Assembly: GCA_965198065.1 (NCBI GenBank)
Contig: CBDAON010000003.1
Span: 1-64,000 of the forward strand
Origin: Longimicrobiales bacterium
Lineage (GTDB): Bacteria; Gemmatimonadota; Gemmatimonadetes; Longimicrobiales; Gaopeijiaceae
Direction of reading: 5' to 3'
Length of the DNA: 64,000 nucleotides
Made by a program: the position numbers and the translations under genes. This document shows positions 10,744 to 20,637 of this stretch, one piece after another. Numbering within the stretch: the first letter of the stretch is position 1; each line of letters begins with the position of its first letter. Under the pieces are notes generated by a model. The model saw only the letters and a list, made by a program, of their open reading frames with translations, ran no database searches and was not told the DNA's origin.

Positions 10744-12960
10744 TCAGCGCGTCCGACGCTCCCGCCCCTCCTTCGCCAGGATCTCCGCGACCGCGTTCGG
10801 CGCCAGGGGCTGGGAGTAGTGGAACCCCTGCCCCTGGCCGCATTGGAGGCTCTGAAGCCTCTCCGACTGCTCGGCCGTCTCGATGCCCTCCGCTACGACG
10901 CCGATCCCGAGGTCTCTCGCGAGGGTGATCACGGCCTGGATCAGGGCGGGCTGCTCGGCTGCCCCATCTATCTGTTGGATGAACGACCCGTCGATCTTCA
11001 ACGTCGAAACGTGGAACCGCTTGAGGTAGGCGAGGGAGGACGTCCCGGTCCCGAAGTCGTAGATCTGAACGCGCACGCCGAGCTCCCGGAGGGTTCCGAT
11101 CGTGACCGCGTTGGCGTCAGCCCGCTCCATGAGGGCAGCCTCGCTGATCTCCAACTGCAGATTTCCGGGATCGAGCTCGGCCGCCTGGACGATCTGCGAG
11201 ATTCGAGGCACGAGGTCCGGCTCCATGAGCTGGCGTCCCGACAGGTTCACACTAACCGTCGTGTCAGCCGCCCCGGGGAAGCTCCGGATCCAACCCGCCA
11301 TCCGCTTGCTGGCTTCCTCGAGCACCCACCAGCCCAGGGGCACGATGAGGCCCGTCCTGTCTGCCAGGGGGACGAACGCGTCGGGCTTGAGCTCCCCCCT
11401 CACGGGGTGATCCCACCGCACGAGCGCCTCGAGGCCCGTCACCCGCCCCGTGTCCAGCGCCACCACGGGCTGATAGACGAGGCGGAGCTGGCCCTTCTGC
11501 AGCGCGCTCTTCAGGTCGCCCTCCATCTGGAACAGGGCGACCGCCCGGGCATGCATGCTCCGGTCGTAGACCTCGAAGAGGCCGGCCCCCCGTGCCTTGG
11601 CCCGATACATGGCCGTATCCGCGAAGTGAATCAACTCGTCGGGCGACGAAACCTCGTCGTCGCTGACCGCGATCCCGATGCTGGCGCTAGTCCGGACCGA
11701 GTGCCCCTCGATGTCGACCGGCCTCGCGAGCAGCTCCCGCACGCGCTCGGCCACCCGGGTCGTATCGGCCGAGTCCCGTAAGTCGTCGAGAAGGACGCAG
11801 AACTCGTCTCCCGCGACACGCGCCGCCACGTCACCGGGACGGATCGCCTCCCGGAGCCGGCGGGCGACCTCGGCCAGGAGCTCGTCACCGGCCGCATGGC
11901 CCAGGGCGTCGTTTACCTCCTTGAAGCCGTCAAGGTCGAGGAACAGGAGGCCGAACCGGTACCCCTCGCGACGCTTGAGCTGCTGGAACGCCCGCTCGAG
12001 AAGATCCGCGAGGAACGCCCGGTTGGGTAACCCCGTGAGCGAATCGTAGAGGGCCTCCTTGGCCAGGCGCTCCTCCACCGTCTTGCGCTCTGTGATGTCG
12101 GTGAGCGCGCCGGCGATGCGATAGGGGTGACCTTCGGGGCTCCGCTCGGCGATTCCCCGAGCCTCGACCCATCGGTACTTCCCGGAGCCGTCAAGAACGC
12201 GATGCTCACACTGGAAGCGGGACGTCTCCCCGTCCCGGTGGGCTCGAAGCTCCGTCTTGAGGCGGGGCAGGTCCTCGGGGTGGACCCGGCTAAGCCAATG
12301 GTCCGGCGAGTTGCCGATCTGGTGCTCGCCGTACCCGAGCATCGACTTCCATCGAGCCGAGTAGAAAATCTCGCCGGCCTCGAGATTCCAGTCCCACAGC
12401 CCGTTGTCCGCACCGCGCATCGCGAGCGCGTAGCGCTCTTCGCTCGCCTGGAGCGCCCCCTCCGCTCTCCTGCGCTCTGTGATGTCCTCGCACGTGGTAA
12501 CGATGCCGATCGGAGTTCCCGTCCGGTCGCGGAGCACGTCGGACATGAGGTGAACCGGGAACGAGCTCCCGCCCCGCCGCAGGTTCACGCTCTCCCGCCG
12601 CCACCGCTTCATCTTGGCGATCTCGTCCAGGGACATCGGCTTGGCTCGTGACGCGGACGCATAGACCCGAACGTCGGCGTTCAGGAGCTGCTCCTTCTGG
12701 TATCCGTGGTTGGCCGCGTCGGCCGGATTCACGTAGACGATGCGCCCCTCGAGGTCCGTGACGGTCACGCCGAGCTGCATCGTTTCGACGACCTGCTCGA
12801 GGTGGCGCAGCGACGGGGTCGCCTTGGAGTCGGGCTCCGTCAGCGGCAGCGCCGGAGACGGTTCCGTGGACGGCGGCGACCCGGACCTTCGGCCGAGGAC
12901 GTAGCCGAGCGCAAGCGCGCTCGGGACCCCAACCAGAAGAAGAACTACGGGGAGAAGCAT
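10744..12960 (-). CDS. PAS-PAS-GGDEF-EAL c-di-GMP signalling protein
   Basis: Two PAS domains; YDSLTGLPNR, AGDEF and EALVRW motifs. Confidence 0.93.
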   Translation of the reverse strand: MLLPVVLLLVGVPSALALGYVLGRRSGSPPSTEPSPALPLTEPDSKATPSLRHLEQVVETMQLGVTVTDLEGRIVYVNPADAANHGYQKEQLLNADVRVYASASRAKPMSLDEIAKMKRWRRESVNLRRGGSSFPVHLMSDVLRDRTGTPIGIVTTCEDITERRRAEGALQASEERYALAMRGADNGLWDWNLEAGEIFYSARWKSMLGYGEHQIGNSPDHWLSRVHPEDLPRLKTELRAHRDGETSRFQCEHRVLDGSGKYRWVEARGIAERSPEGHPYRIAGALTDITERKTVEERLAKEALYDSLTGLPNRAFLADLLERAFQQLKRREGYRFGLLFLDLDGFKEVNDALGHAAGDELLAEVARRLREAIRPGDVAARVAGDEFCVLLDDLRDSADTTRVAERVRELLARPVDIEGHSVRTSASIGIAVSDDEVSSPDELIHFADTAMYRAKARGAGLFEVYDRSMHARAVALFQMEGDLKSALQKGQLRLVYQPVVALDTGRVTGLEALVRWDHPVRGELKPDAFVPLADRTGLIVPLGWWVLEEASKRMAGWIRSFPGAADTTVSVNLSGRQLMEPDLVPRISQIVQAAELDPGNLQLEISEAALMERADANAVTIGTLRELGVRVQIYDFGTGTSSLAYLKRFHVSTLKIDGSFIQQIDGAAEQPALIQAVITLARDLGIGVVAEGIETAEQSERLQSLQCGQGQGFHYSQPLAPNAVAEILAKEGRERRTR

Positions 12961-13123
12961 TTAGTCCCCTCACTACGGGTGTGCCGAAGCGCCTGACCGC
13001 CAGGCGGAATCGAGCGCTGCGGGGACACGGAATCCATGCCCGCCCGGACCATCATTTTTGGTCACAATACGGGGTCAATGTCAAGGCCCGAACCTGTTGA
13101 AGGGCCGGCGGGATCCCCGGGCA

Positions 13124-14272
13124 TCACCAGCTCACGCGCAGGCCCGCGATCCAGGAAACCCCGGAGTAGGTGCCGCCGTCGTCGAGATGGTCCCGCATAT
13201 CCGCCCTCTGGACCCCGGTTTGCAACTTGAGGCTGTGTCCGAAAAAGTAGCGGTTCGCCCCGATGTAAACATCCTGGTAGCCATCCCCCCGCCCGGACAC
13301 GACGCGGTTCTCGTAGCTCGGGACGCGCACGCCGTTCGCGTCGTCGCTCCGGACGAGCGTGTAGCGGCCCACGAGCTGGAGCCTTGTCGTCAGGTCGAAG
13401 TACGGCATGACGACGACTCCCCAGAGATCACTTTGGCCCAGATAGCCGAACCCCACGGATATGTCGCCTCGAGCTCCCCAACGCCCCGCTTCGAACCGGG
13501 CATTCAAAGATCCCACGTGCCGGAGGGCCCGCGTGAACGTGTTGTCCGAATCGGGAGACTGGTACAGGTAGCTGGCCCCCACGGAGGCCTCCTCCATCTC
13601 GAGGACCTCCGCCGCATCGTAGCCCAGAGAGGCAATCCCGAACACGCCGCCGCTGAAGTCTCCGAGCTCCCGGTTCCTCCGTCCCGACGAGAACGCGCCG
13701 ACTTGATACGCCCAGCGAGAGCGCTCCACCGAGAGGCTTACGCCTGGCATGTATTCCTGAGAGAACCACAGGTTATTGCTGAGATTGTTCCGCTCGGGCG
13801 TCAGAAGCTCGTTCGAGGATGTCGAGCCATCTGTGGTGAACGACACACCCTGCTTCCCCAGCGTCACAGTCGTTCCCCCGGCCCGGCTCCATTCGATGTT
13901 CAGGTCGGTGAAACGCAGGTACAGGGGATCCGCTTCCTGGGGGTTCAGGTCCACTTCCGCGTGAACGGTCAGCTGCCGAAGAACACCCGCACGGACGCCC
14001 AAGCGCAGGCGCCGAACGTTCCACTCGCGCTCCGACCCCTGATCAGCGTTCACCACCGCGTAATCCTGCTGGAAGCGGCCCTTGAAGAGGATGCTCTGAA
14101 CGAACGGGTTCGTATCGTCGCGGTACCACTCCCCAAGACGCCAGATTAGTTCGTAGATGGACTCCCCGGCCCCGGCCTGGGCCTGGGCCGGCTGACCGTG
14201 GAGCGTCCCCAGTCCCGTCAGGATCAACCCCTGGAGCATCCAGGTTCCCCGCCACGTGCCCGTCCCGCGCAT
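13124..14272 (-). CDS. Phosphate-selective porin (OprO/OprP-like)
   Basis: Signal peptide, VRRLRLG, TPER, amphipathic strands, C-terminal W. Confidence 0.75.
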   Translation of the reverse strand: MRGTGTWRGTWMLQGLILTGLGTLHGQPAQAQAGAGESIYELIWRLGEWYRDDTNPFVQSILFKGRFQQDYAVVNADQGSEREWNVRRLRLGVRAGVLRQLTVHAEVDLNPQEADPLYLRFTDLNIEWSRAGGTTVTLGKQGVSFTTDGSTSSNELLTPERNNLSNNLWFSQEYMPGVSLSVERSRWAYQVGAFSSGRRNRELGDFSGGVFGIASLGYDAAEVLEMEEASVGASYLYQSPDSDNTFTRALRHVGSLNARFEAGRWGARGDISVGFGYLGQSDLWGVVVMPYFDLTTRLQLVGRYTLVRSDDANGVRVPSYENRVVSGRGDGYQDVYIGANRYFFGHSLKLQTGVQRADMRDHLDDGGTYSGVSWIAGLRVSW

Positions 14273-14434
14273 CGCACCTCCCTCTCTCAGACGATTGAGT
14301 CCGGGGCCCTGCCCTCACTTTATCCCGGATGCGTAACGAACCGTTTCTCGGATACGTAACAAACGGGCGACGTACATCAAGAGTCCCTATCGGGATATCT
14401 TCCTCGCAGGGGGGAATAAACCTCGCGAAACGAA

Positions 14435-15472
14435 TTGCTCGTTCCGGAGGGACCGTTGAGATCGAAGACGCGGCGCGACAGCCGCGGTCTCCGGGGAGCC
14501 TCGAGTGCCGTCCTGCTGCTCGGCTCCCTCTGGGCCGCCCCGCCCGGGGCCGCGCAGGCTCCGCTCGGGCCGCTTCGGACCGCGGAGCAGAACCCGTTCT
14601 ATCGCCTCTTCTACGTGCCGGACGCGGAGGGGGCGGATGTCATCGGCGCGGGCAGGACCCGGATCGAGCTGTCCAGCTCGTACTCGAGCGTCTTCGAGCA
14701 CAGCGCGAGCGCCAATCACCTGCAGCTCTTCGACATGGAGCAGCTGACGAACGCCGTCACTGTGCGCTGGGGGGTCGGGCCGACGCTCGAGCTGGGGGCG
14801 CGGGCCGACCTCTACACGGCCTGGGGCGGGTTCCTCGACTCGCTCATCTCCGGCCTCCACGACGCGCTCCAGGTCTCGGACGCGGGGCGACAGAACCAGC
14901 CCGAGGGCCAGTACCGCTTCTTGCTTTTCCATGGCGGTCAGAACGTGCTCCTCGACGTTCCCCAGCGAAGCCTCAAGCTCGAGGAGCTGAGGGCGTTCGC
15001 GAAATGGCAGTGGTACGGGTCGGGGGGCGGGCCGCTCTCGATGTCCCTAAAGGGCGTCCTCCGCCACTACGTTGGATCCGTCGACCCCGGCCGGACGGAC
15101 GCCGCGCTGGCCATCCTCGCCCGCCTCTCTCGGGGGAAACCCACCTCCATGGGTATGTTGGGGCGACGAGCCTCAGCCCGCCACGCCGGTTCACGGAGCT
15201 GGTGCCGGACCTGGCCACCCCACCTGTCCGTGCTCGCGCAGCTCGTTGGAGGCAGCCGCTACGTCCAGGGATTTTCGGTCGCCGACCTGAACTCGATCCC
15301 GATGAACGTGGCCGTGGGCCTGGCCGGAGCGACCGAGACGGGGTGGGCGTGGCAGCTGAGCTTCGCCGAGGACATTCCTCCGCGGAGCCCCTCGGTGGAC
15401 TTCATCGTGGACCTCGAGATCAGCCGAACGCTCGGGGTCTCTGGCGAAGACGGGGACGCGCCGGCGCCCTGA
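14435..15472 (+). CDS. DUF3187-like outer-membrane protein (apparent internal indel ~15140-15230)
   Basis: Signal peptide; EQNPF, WGGFLDSLISGLHD and SFAED..PSVDF motifs. Confidence 0.6.
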   Translation: MLVPEGPLRSKTRRDSRGLRGASSAVLLLGSLWAAPPGAAQAPLGPLRTAEQNPFYRLFYVPDAEGADVIGAGRTRIELSSSYSSVFEHSASANHLQLFDMEQLTNAVTVRWGVGPTLELGARADLYTAWGGFLDSLISGLHDALQVSDAGRQNQPEGQYRFLLFHGGQNVLLDVPQRSLKLEELRAFAKWQWYGSGGGPLSMSLKGVLRHYVGSVDPGRTDAALAILARLSRGKPTSMGMLGRRASARHAGSRSWCRTWPPHLSVLAQLVGGSRYVQGFSVADLNSIPMNVAVGLAGATETGWAWQLSFAEDIPPRSPSVDFIVDLEISRTLGVSGEDGDAPAP

Positions 15473-15688
15473 TCTGGTCTAGCGAGGGAGCTCGAGTGGC
15501 CGATTCCGCTCTCCGCGGGACCCACGGACACCCCGACACCCCGACCAACAGGCAGCCCGAGCGACGGGCACGAATTTCTTGAAGTGGGGGCACGAGTGGG
15601 CGTAAGTTCCTGAACGAGGTGTTGGTCGCGGCATCCCGCCGGTCCCCGGTGACGGCCGCGGTGGCTCGGTGTACGGAGGATAGAGACC

Positions 15689-18121
15689 ATGGCCCAGTAC
15701 CGGTTGATCGGAACCAGCCAGACCCCGAAGGACCTGCGCGCGAAGGTGACGGGGCGAGCGAAGTATGCAGAGGATTTCCGAGCGGACGGGATGGCGTTCG
15801 CGAAGCTCCTCCTGAGCCCGGTCCCCCGCGGGCGGGTGCGTCGCCTGGACGTGAGCCGTGCGCTCGCGATGCCGGGCGTCTTAGCGGTGCTCACGGCCGA
15901 CGAGCTCAGTAGCGGGGGCGGGGGAGATGTGCCCGCCAGCGAATACCAGGGCGTGGAGCCGGTTCTGACCAACAACCCGCTTTACGTCGGACAGCCGATG
16001 GCGGCCGTGGCGGCCGAGAACGAGACCCTCGCCGCGGAGGCCGTAGCGGCCATCCAGCTGGATATGGAAAGGCTGCCGTTCGCACTGGATCCCCTGGACA
16101 CGCTTCGGGAAGGTGGGCCGAACTCGCTAGAGGTCGGGAACGCGTACGCCAGCGGCGAGCTGGGCGAGGTGAAGTGGACGGCCGAGCAGATGGCCGCGCT
16201 CGAGGGTGAAACCTTCCCGGAGATCGACTTTCCGGGCCTTTCGGGCTGGGAGGTAGGGGACTGGCAAGCCGCCTTCGCGAACGCGGACTGGATCGTGGAG
16301 CAGCCCATCGTCCACCAATCGCAGACCCATCACCCGATGGAGCCCAGGAGCGCGATGGCGTACTGGCAGAACGGGAGGTGCCACCTCCACTGCTCGGCGC
16401 AGAGCACGGCCAGGACCGCGGCCGGACACGCCGCGCGCCTGGGGCTCGATCAGGAGGATCTGGTCCTCGTGGCCCAGTACTGCGGAGGCGGCTTCGGCAG
16501 CAAGGGAGCCGGATCGGTCACGGATGTGATCCCCGCCCTCCTCGCCAGAAAGGCGGGACGGCCGGTGATGCTCCGCGTAACGCGCGACGAGGAAACGTAT
16601 TTCGGCAGGGCGCGCGCAGGGATGGCCGGCTGGGTCAAGATGGGCTTCCGGACAGGCGGGCGACTGGTGGCGCTCGATCTCCTGCTGATCCAGGACGGCG
16701 GATCGTACGGACAGCGCGGGGACTTCCGGTCCGCCGCCTCCATCGCGTCCTTGGCCTATCAGCCCGAGACCATGCGGTTCCGGGGCATCTCTGTCGTCAC
16801 CAACACGCCCCCTCGGGGCGCGCAGCGCGGTCCGGGAGGCGCCCAGAGCATCACGATGCTCGGTCCGGTGATGGACCGCGCGGCCCGGGAGATGGGCGTG
16901 GACCGGGCCGAGATCCTCTACCTGAATGCACCTCCGGATCAGGCGACGTACCAGCCCGGGTCCAGCCGGGTCACGAGCGCCTACGTGAAGGAGGCGATCA
17001 AGCTGGGCCGGCAGCTGTTCCGCTGGGAGGAGAAGAAGGCCCTGAGCGGGCAGGTCAATGGCTCGAAGGTCACAGGGGTGGGGGTGGCCATCAGCCCCTA
17101 CTCGGCGGGGAGCTCGGGGTACGACGGGCTCCTGATCATCCGCCCCGACGGGAGACTCACGATCCACACCGGGGTCGGGAACCTCGGCACGAGCTCTGTC
17201 TTCGACACGTCGATGGCCGCGGCCGAGGTACTCGGGGTGCCGTGGGAGGAGGTGGAGGTCGTGTGGGGAGACTCGAGCCTCGGACTTCCCTGGAGCGCCA
17301 TGCAGGTCGGGAGCCAGACGACCCACGCTCACACGCGGGCCAACTACGCCACCGGTCTCCGCGCCAAGCGTCTCCTCCAGGAAGTCGCGGCCCGGGATCT
17401 GGGCGGGCCACCCGAGAGCTACGAGCTGGGGGGCGGCCGCGTCTTCCGGAGTGGCGATGCTTCCGTCGGGATGACGTTCGCTCAGGCGGCGCGGCGGGCA
17501 ATCGAGCTGGGCAGCCGCTACGACGGTCACGAGCTTCCCGAGAGCCTGAACGAGATGACGGTGCGGGCCGTCGAGACGCATCTCGTGGGTCAGGGGCTCG
17601 TGGCGGCGGCGACCGACGAGTTCTCGCACGAGGGCTCCAGCCGCTCGACCGTTGTGGCATTCGCGGTGGTGGACGTGGACCGGGAGACCGGTATGGTAGA
17701 GGTCCGGGAGCTCACGGCCGTGGCGGATTGCGGGACGGTCCTGAACCCGCGGAACCTCAAGGCTCAGGTGGGCGGTGGCGTGTTGCAGGGGATGAGCCAG
17801 GCCCGGTTCGAGACGTGGAGCTACGACCCTCGTTGGGGAGTCAACCAGAACCGGCGGCTCCATACGGCGAAGCCCATCACACTTCAGGACACGCCGCTCG
17901 AGTACGAGTTCGCCGCGGTGGACATCCCGGACCGCGAGAACCCGGTCGGATCCCGGGGGATCGGCGAGCCTCCGGTGGGCGCGGGCGCGGCGGTCGTGCT
18001 CTCGGCCATCTACGACGCGATCGGGGTCTACCTCAATCGGACGCCGCTCACGCCAGACAAGATCCTGAACGCGCTGGAAGGCGGCTCACCCGGCTACACG
18101 TCGCTCCAGATGCACGTCTGA
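15689..18121 (+). CDS. Xanthine dehydrogenase/aldehyde oxidase family molybdopterin-binding large subunit
   Basis: KVTGRAKYAED, GGGFGSK, QVGGGVLQG and SRGIGEPP motifs. Confidence 0.92.
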   Translation: MAQYRLIGTSQTPKDLRAKVTGRAKYAEDFRADGMAFAKLLLSPVPRGRVRRLDVSRALAMPGVLAVLTADELSSGGGGDVPASEYQGVEPVLTNNPLYVGQPMAAVAAENETLAAEAVAAIQLDMERLPFALDPLDTLREGGPNSLEVGNAYASGELGEVKWTAEQMAALEGETFPEIDFPGLSGWEVGDWQAAFANADWIVEQPIVHQSQTHHPMEPRSAMAYWQNGRCHLHCSAQSTARTAAGHAARLGLDQEDLVLVAQYCGGGFGSKGAGSVTDVIPALLARKAGRPVMLRVTRDEETYFGRARAGMAGWVKMGFRTGGRLVALDLLLIQDGGSYGQRGDFRSAASIASLAYQPETMRFRGISVVTNTPPRGAQRGPGGAQSITMLGPVMDRAAREMGVDRAEILYLNAPPDQATYQPGSSRVTSAYVKEAIKLGRQLFRWEEKKALSGQVNGSKVTGVGVAISPYSAGSSGYDGLLIIRPDGRLTIHTGVGNLGTSSVFDTSMAAAEVLGVPWEEVEVVWGDSSLGLPWSAMQVGSQTTHAHTRANYATGLRAKRLLQEVAARDLGGPPESYELGGGRVFRSGDASVGMTFAQAARRAIELGSRYDGHELPESLNEMTVRAVETHLVGQGLVAAATDEFSHEGSSRSTVVAFAVVDVDRETGMVEVRELTAVADCGTVLNPRNLKAQVGGGVLQGMSQARFETWSYDPRWGVNQNRRLHTAKPITLQDTPLEYEFAAVDIPDRENPVGSRGIGEPPVGAGAAVVLSAIYDAIGVYLNRTPLTPDKILNALEGGSPGYTSLQMHV

Positions 18122-18225
18122 CGGGAGTCGCGCCTGCCGGGCATTGAGGCGGCCGCTTCATCGACGGACCCCGCGACGGCCCGCCACGGAGCCTGCCGCG
18201 ACCCGACGACGACGGCCCCCCCAGC

Positions 18226-19005
18226 TTACCGCGGGATCCGGTGCCAGCTGCGCGTGGGCGAGCGCGGCTGACGCCATCCATGGTACGGATGCTCCGCCAG
18301 GAGGCTCGGGTTCCGGAAGAGCCAGATGAGCAGCGCACCCGCTCCGAATCCCCCCACGTGGGCCCAGAACGCCACCCCACCGCCCTCCGCCCCCTGGGTG
18401 GCCAGGCCGCTCAGTAGCTGCACGACGAACCAGTAGCCCAGCATCAGCACGGCCGGGACCGCAATCGTCCGGATGAAGAAGCCTAAGAAGATGAGCATGT
18501 GGACGTGCACGCGCGGGTACAGGAGCACGTAGGCACCCATGACCCCGCCGATCGCGCCCGAAGCGCCGACCATCGGAACCGGGGACGCCGGATTCGTCGC
18601 GACCTGCACCCCCCCGGCCGCGAGCCCGCAAAGCAGGTAGAAGACAACGAAGCGGGCGTGGCCCATCGAGTCCTCCACGTTGTTCCCGAAGATCCCGAGG
18701 AACCACATGTTCCCGATGAGGTGCATCCAGCTGCCGTGCATGAACATCGACGTCATCACGGTGTGCCACGCGAGTCCGCCGCCGAGAACGCACTCGGCGC
18801 CGGGTCCGAGCTGGAGCCGCGTGCCCGACGGGACCGACTGGAGGAGCTCGCCCGGAATGAGCCCGAGCCGACAGATGGAGCTCGAGAGGAGCGGCTCTGA
18901 GCCAGCCCCCTGAAGCAAGACCCACGCCGCGACGTTGAGCGCGACGATACCCCAGGTCACGACCGGGGTGAGGATGGGGGGATTGTCGTCCCGGATCGGA
19001 ATCAT
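18226..19005 (-). CDS. Rhomboid intramembrane serine protease
   Basis: SMFMHGSWMHLIGNM, GASG and WAHVGG motifs. Confidence 0.93.
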   Translation of the reverse strand: MIPIRDDNPPILTPVVTWGIVALNVAAWVLLQGAGSEPLLSSSICRLGLIPGELLQSVPSGTRLQLGPGAECVLGGGLAWHTVMTSMFMHGSWMHLIGNMWFLGIFGNNVEDSMGHARFVVFYLLCGLAAGGVQVATNPASPVPMVGASGAIGGVMGAYVLLYPRVHVHMLIFLGFFIRTIAVPAVLMLGYWFVVQLLSGLATQGAEGGGVAFWAHVGGFGAGALLIWLFRNPSLLAEHPYHGWRQPRSPTRSWHRIPR

Positions 19006-19036
19006 TCAGGAAGCCCCGGCCCAGCCCACCCGCTCG

Positions 19037-19627
19037 TCAGGGCGTTCGCACGAAACGACCCGTGAAGATGCCTCGGGCCAACACCTTCCCTTCCATGGCC
19101 GCCGTGACCGCCGCACGGTCGGCATCCATGGGCAGATCCAGCGGGGCGTTCAGCGCATAAAGGGTGAAGGTGTAGTGGTGCATCGGCGGCACGGGGGCAC
19201 CGGGTCCCCGGTACGGCTGGACCTGCCACGCACCCTGAGGAAGAGTGGTGGACTGGGCGGCTCCGGCGCCCTCTGAGAGCGAGGTGGCAGTCCCCGGAAT
19301 CTTCACGACCATCCAGTGCAGGATGTCCCCGCTCACCGAGAGGGCGGGACGCACCGGCTCCGGGTCGTTCATCAGCAGCACGAACTCGGCGGTCCCCTCC
19401 GGAACGTTCGTCCACGAGAGAGCGGGGGATAGTCCTTCGCCCCCGGCGTGCCGCGAGGGGATTACCCCGCCGTCCGGCCAGGCGGTGCTGGTCAGCGCGA
19501 GGCCCGGTGGCCTCACTCCCCCTCCCCGCCCACCCCCTCGTCCCTGGAACGCTTCGACCTCACCGGGGGCGGTGGTGAGCGCCAGCGCAGAGGCCACCAT
19601 CAGCGCGGTCACGGTCCTGGACGTCAT
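19037..19627 (-). CDS. YbhB/YbcL (PEBP) family protein
   Basis: SPALSW, DPE, HWMV and YRGPGAP..HHYTFTLYAL motifs. Confidence 0.9.
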   Translation of the reverse strand: MTSRTVTALMVASALALTTAPGEVEAFQGRGGGRGGGVRPPGLALTSTAWPDGGVIPSRHAGGEGLSPALSWTNVPEGTAEFVLLMNDPEPVRPALSVSGDILHWMVVKIPGTATSLSEGAGAAQSTTLPQGAWQVQPYRGPGAPVPPMHHYTFTLYALNAPLDLPMDADRAAVTAAMEGKVLARGIFTGRFVRTP

Positions 19628-19761
19628 CTCGCAAACCTCCTCTGGTCGAACGCGTCGTTGTGAGCCCGGGCGTTTCTGAGCGCCTCCAATGTAATGCGAG
19701 CGCGCGCCCGTGCGGCACGTGATAGATTCCTGAGCGACTCCCAGGCAAACGATGGCACGCG

Positions 19762-20526
19762 ATGACACTCCTTACTTTAGTCCGTCAGAGCACCCGGTCG
19801 AGGACGCCGCGGCTCTTGATGTGGGGCGCCGTGCTCGCTCTCCTGGCTGCCCCCTCTTCCGGTAGGGCGCAGTCTGCCGGAACGGGGAGCGCCGAGGATG
19901 CCGCCGCTCTCCCGGAGGCGATTCCGCTGTTCCCACTTCCCGACGTCACGCTCTTCCCCGGCGTGGATCAGGAGTTCCACATATTCGAGCCGCGCTACCG
20001 TGCGATGGTGGCGGATGCCGTGGAGGGCGACCAGGTGATCGGCGTGGTGATCCTTCGCCCCGGGTGGGAGGGCGACTACGAGGGGAACCCGCCGGTCTTC
20101 GAGATCGGGGGCGCCGGTACGATCGAGAGCTACGAGCGGTTGCCGGATGGGCGCTACGACATGGTGGTGAGGGGATTCGTGAAAGTCCGCATCCTGAGCG
20201 AGGACACCAGCGGGCCCTACCGCGTGGCACGGGTGGAAGCGATTCCCGAGACGACGATTCCTGTCGAGGATCGCGCTCGGCTGAGCCAGGAGCGCGAGCG
20301 GCTCTTGGAGCTCGTTTACTCCATCTTCCCCAATGCGCAGCTACCGGCAGGCCTCACCGACGAGGTGTTCGTGAACCACCTGGCTCAGTTCGTCCCGATC
20401 GATCCAGGCGATCGGCAGGCCCTGCTGGAGCTGGATGGCGTGCTCGATCGCTCGGAGGCCCTGATCGACCTGCTCGAGGCGATGCGTCCGACCTCCCAGG
20501 CGCTCGCGGGCGCTGGCGCCCGGTAG
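19762..20526 (+). CDS. LON peptidase substrate-binding domain protein
   Basis: IPLFPLP..LFPG...HIFEPRYRAMV and LPDGRY motifs. Confidence 0.9.
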   Translation: MTLLTLVRQSTRSRTPRLLMWGAVLALLAAPSSGRAQSAGTGSAEDAAALPEAIPLFPLPDVTLFPGVDQEFHIFEPRYRAMVADAVEGDQVIGVVILRPGWEGDYEGNPPVFEIGGAGTIESYERLPDGRYDMVVRGFVKVRILSEDTSGPYRVARVEAIPETTIPVEDRARLSQERERLLELVYSIFPNAQLPAGLTDEVFVNHLAQFVPIDPGDRQALLELDGVLDRSEALIDLLEAMRPTSQALAGAGAR

Positions 20527-20637
20527 CCCGAACCCAAGAGGTGGGGCGCAATCGTACTTGACGGACTCTCCACCCGCTCCCCACCGTACGACACAGCCCA
20601 CATGAGCTGCTGCGCTCGCCACCGCGGAGGATCCGCC

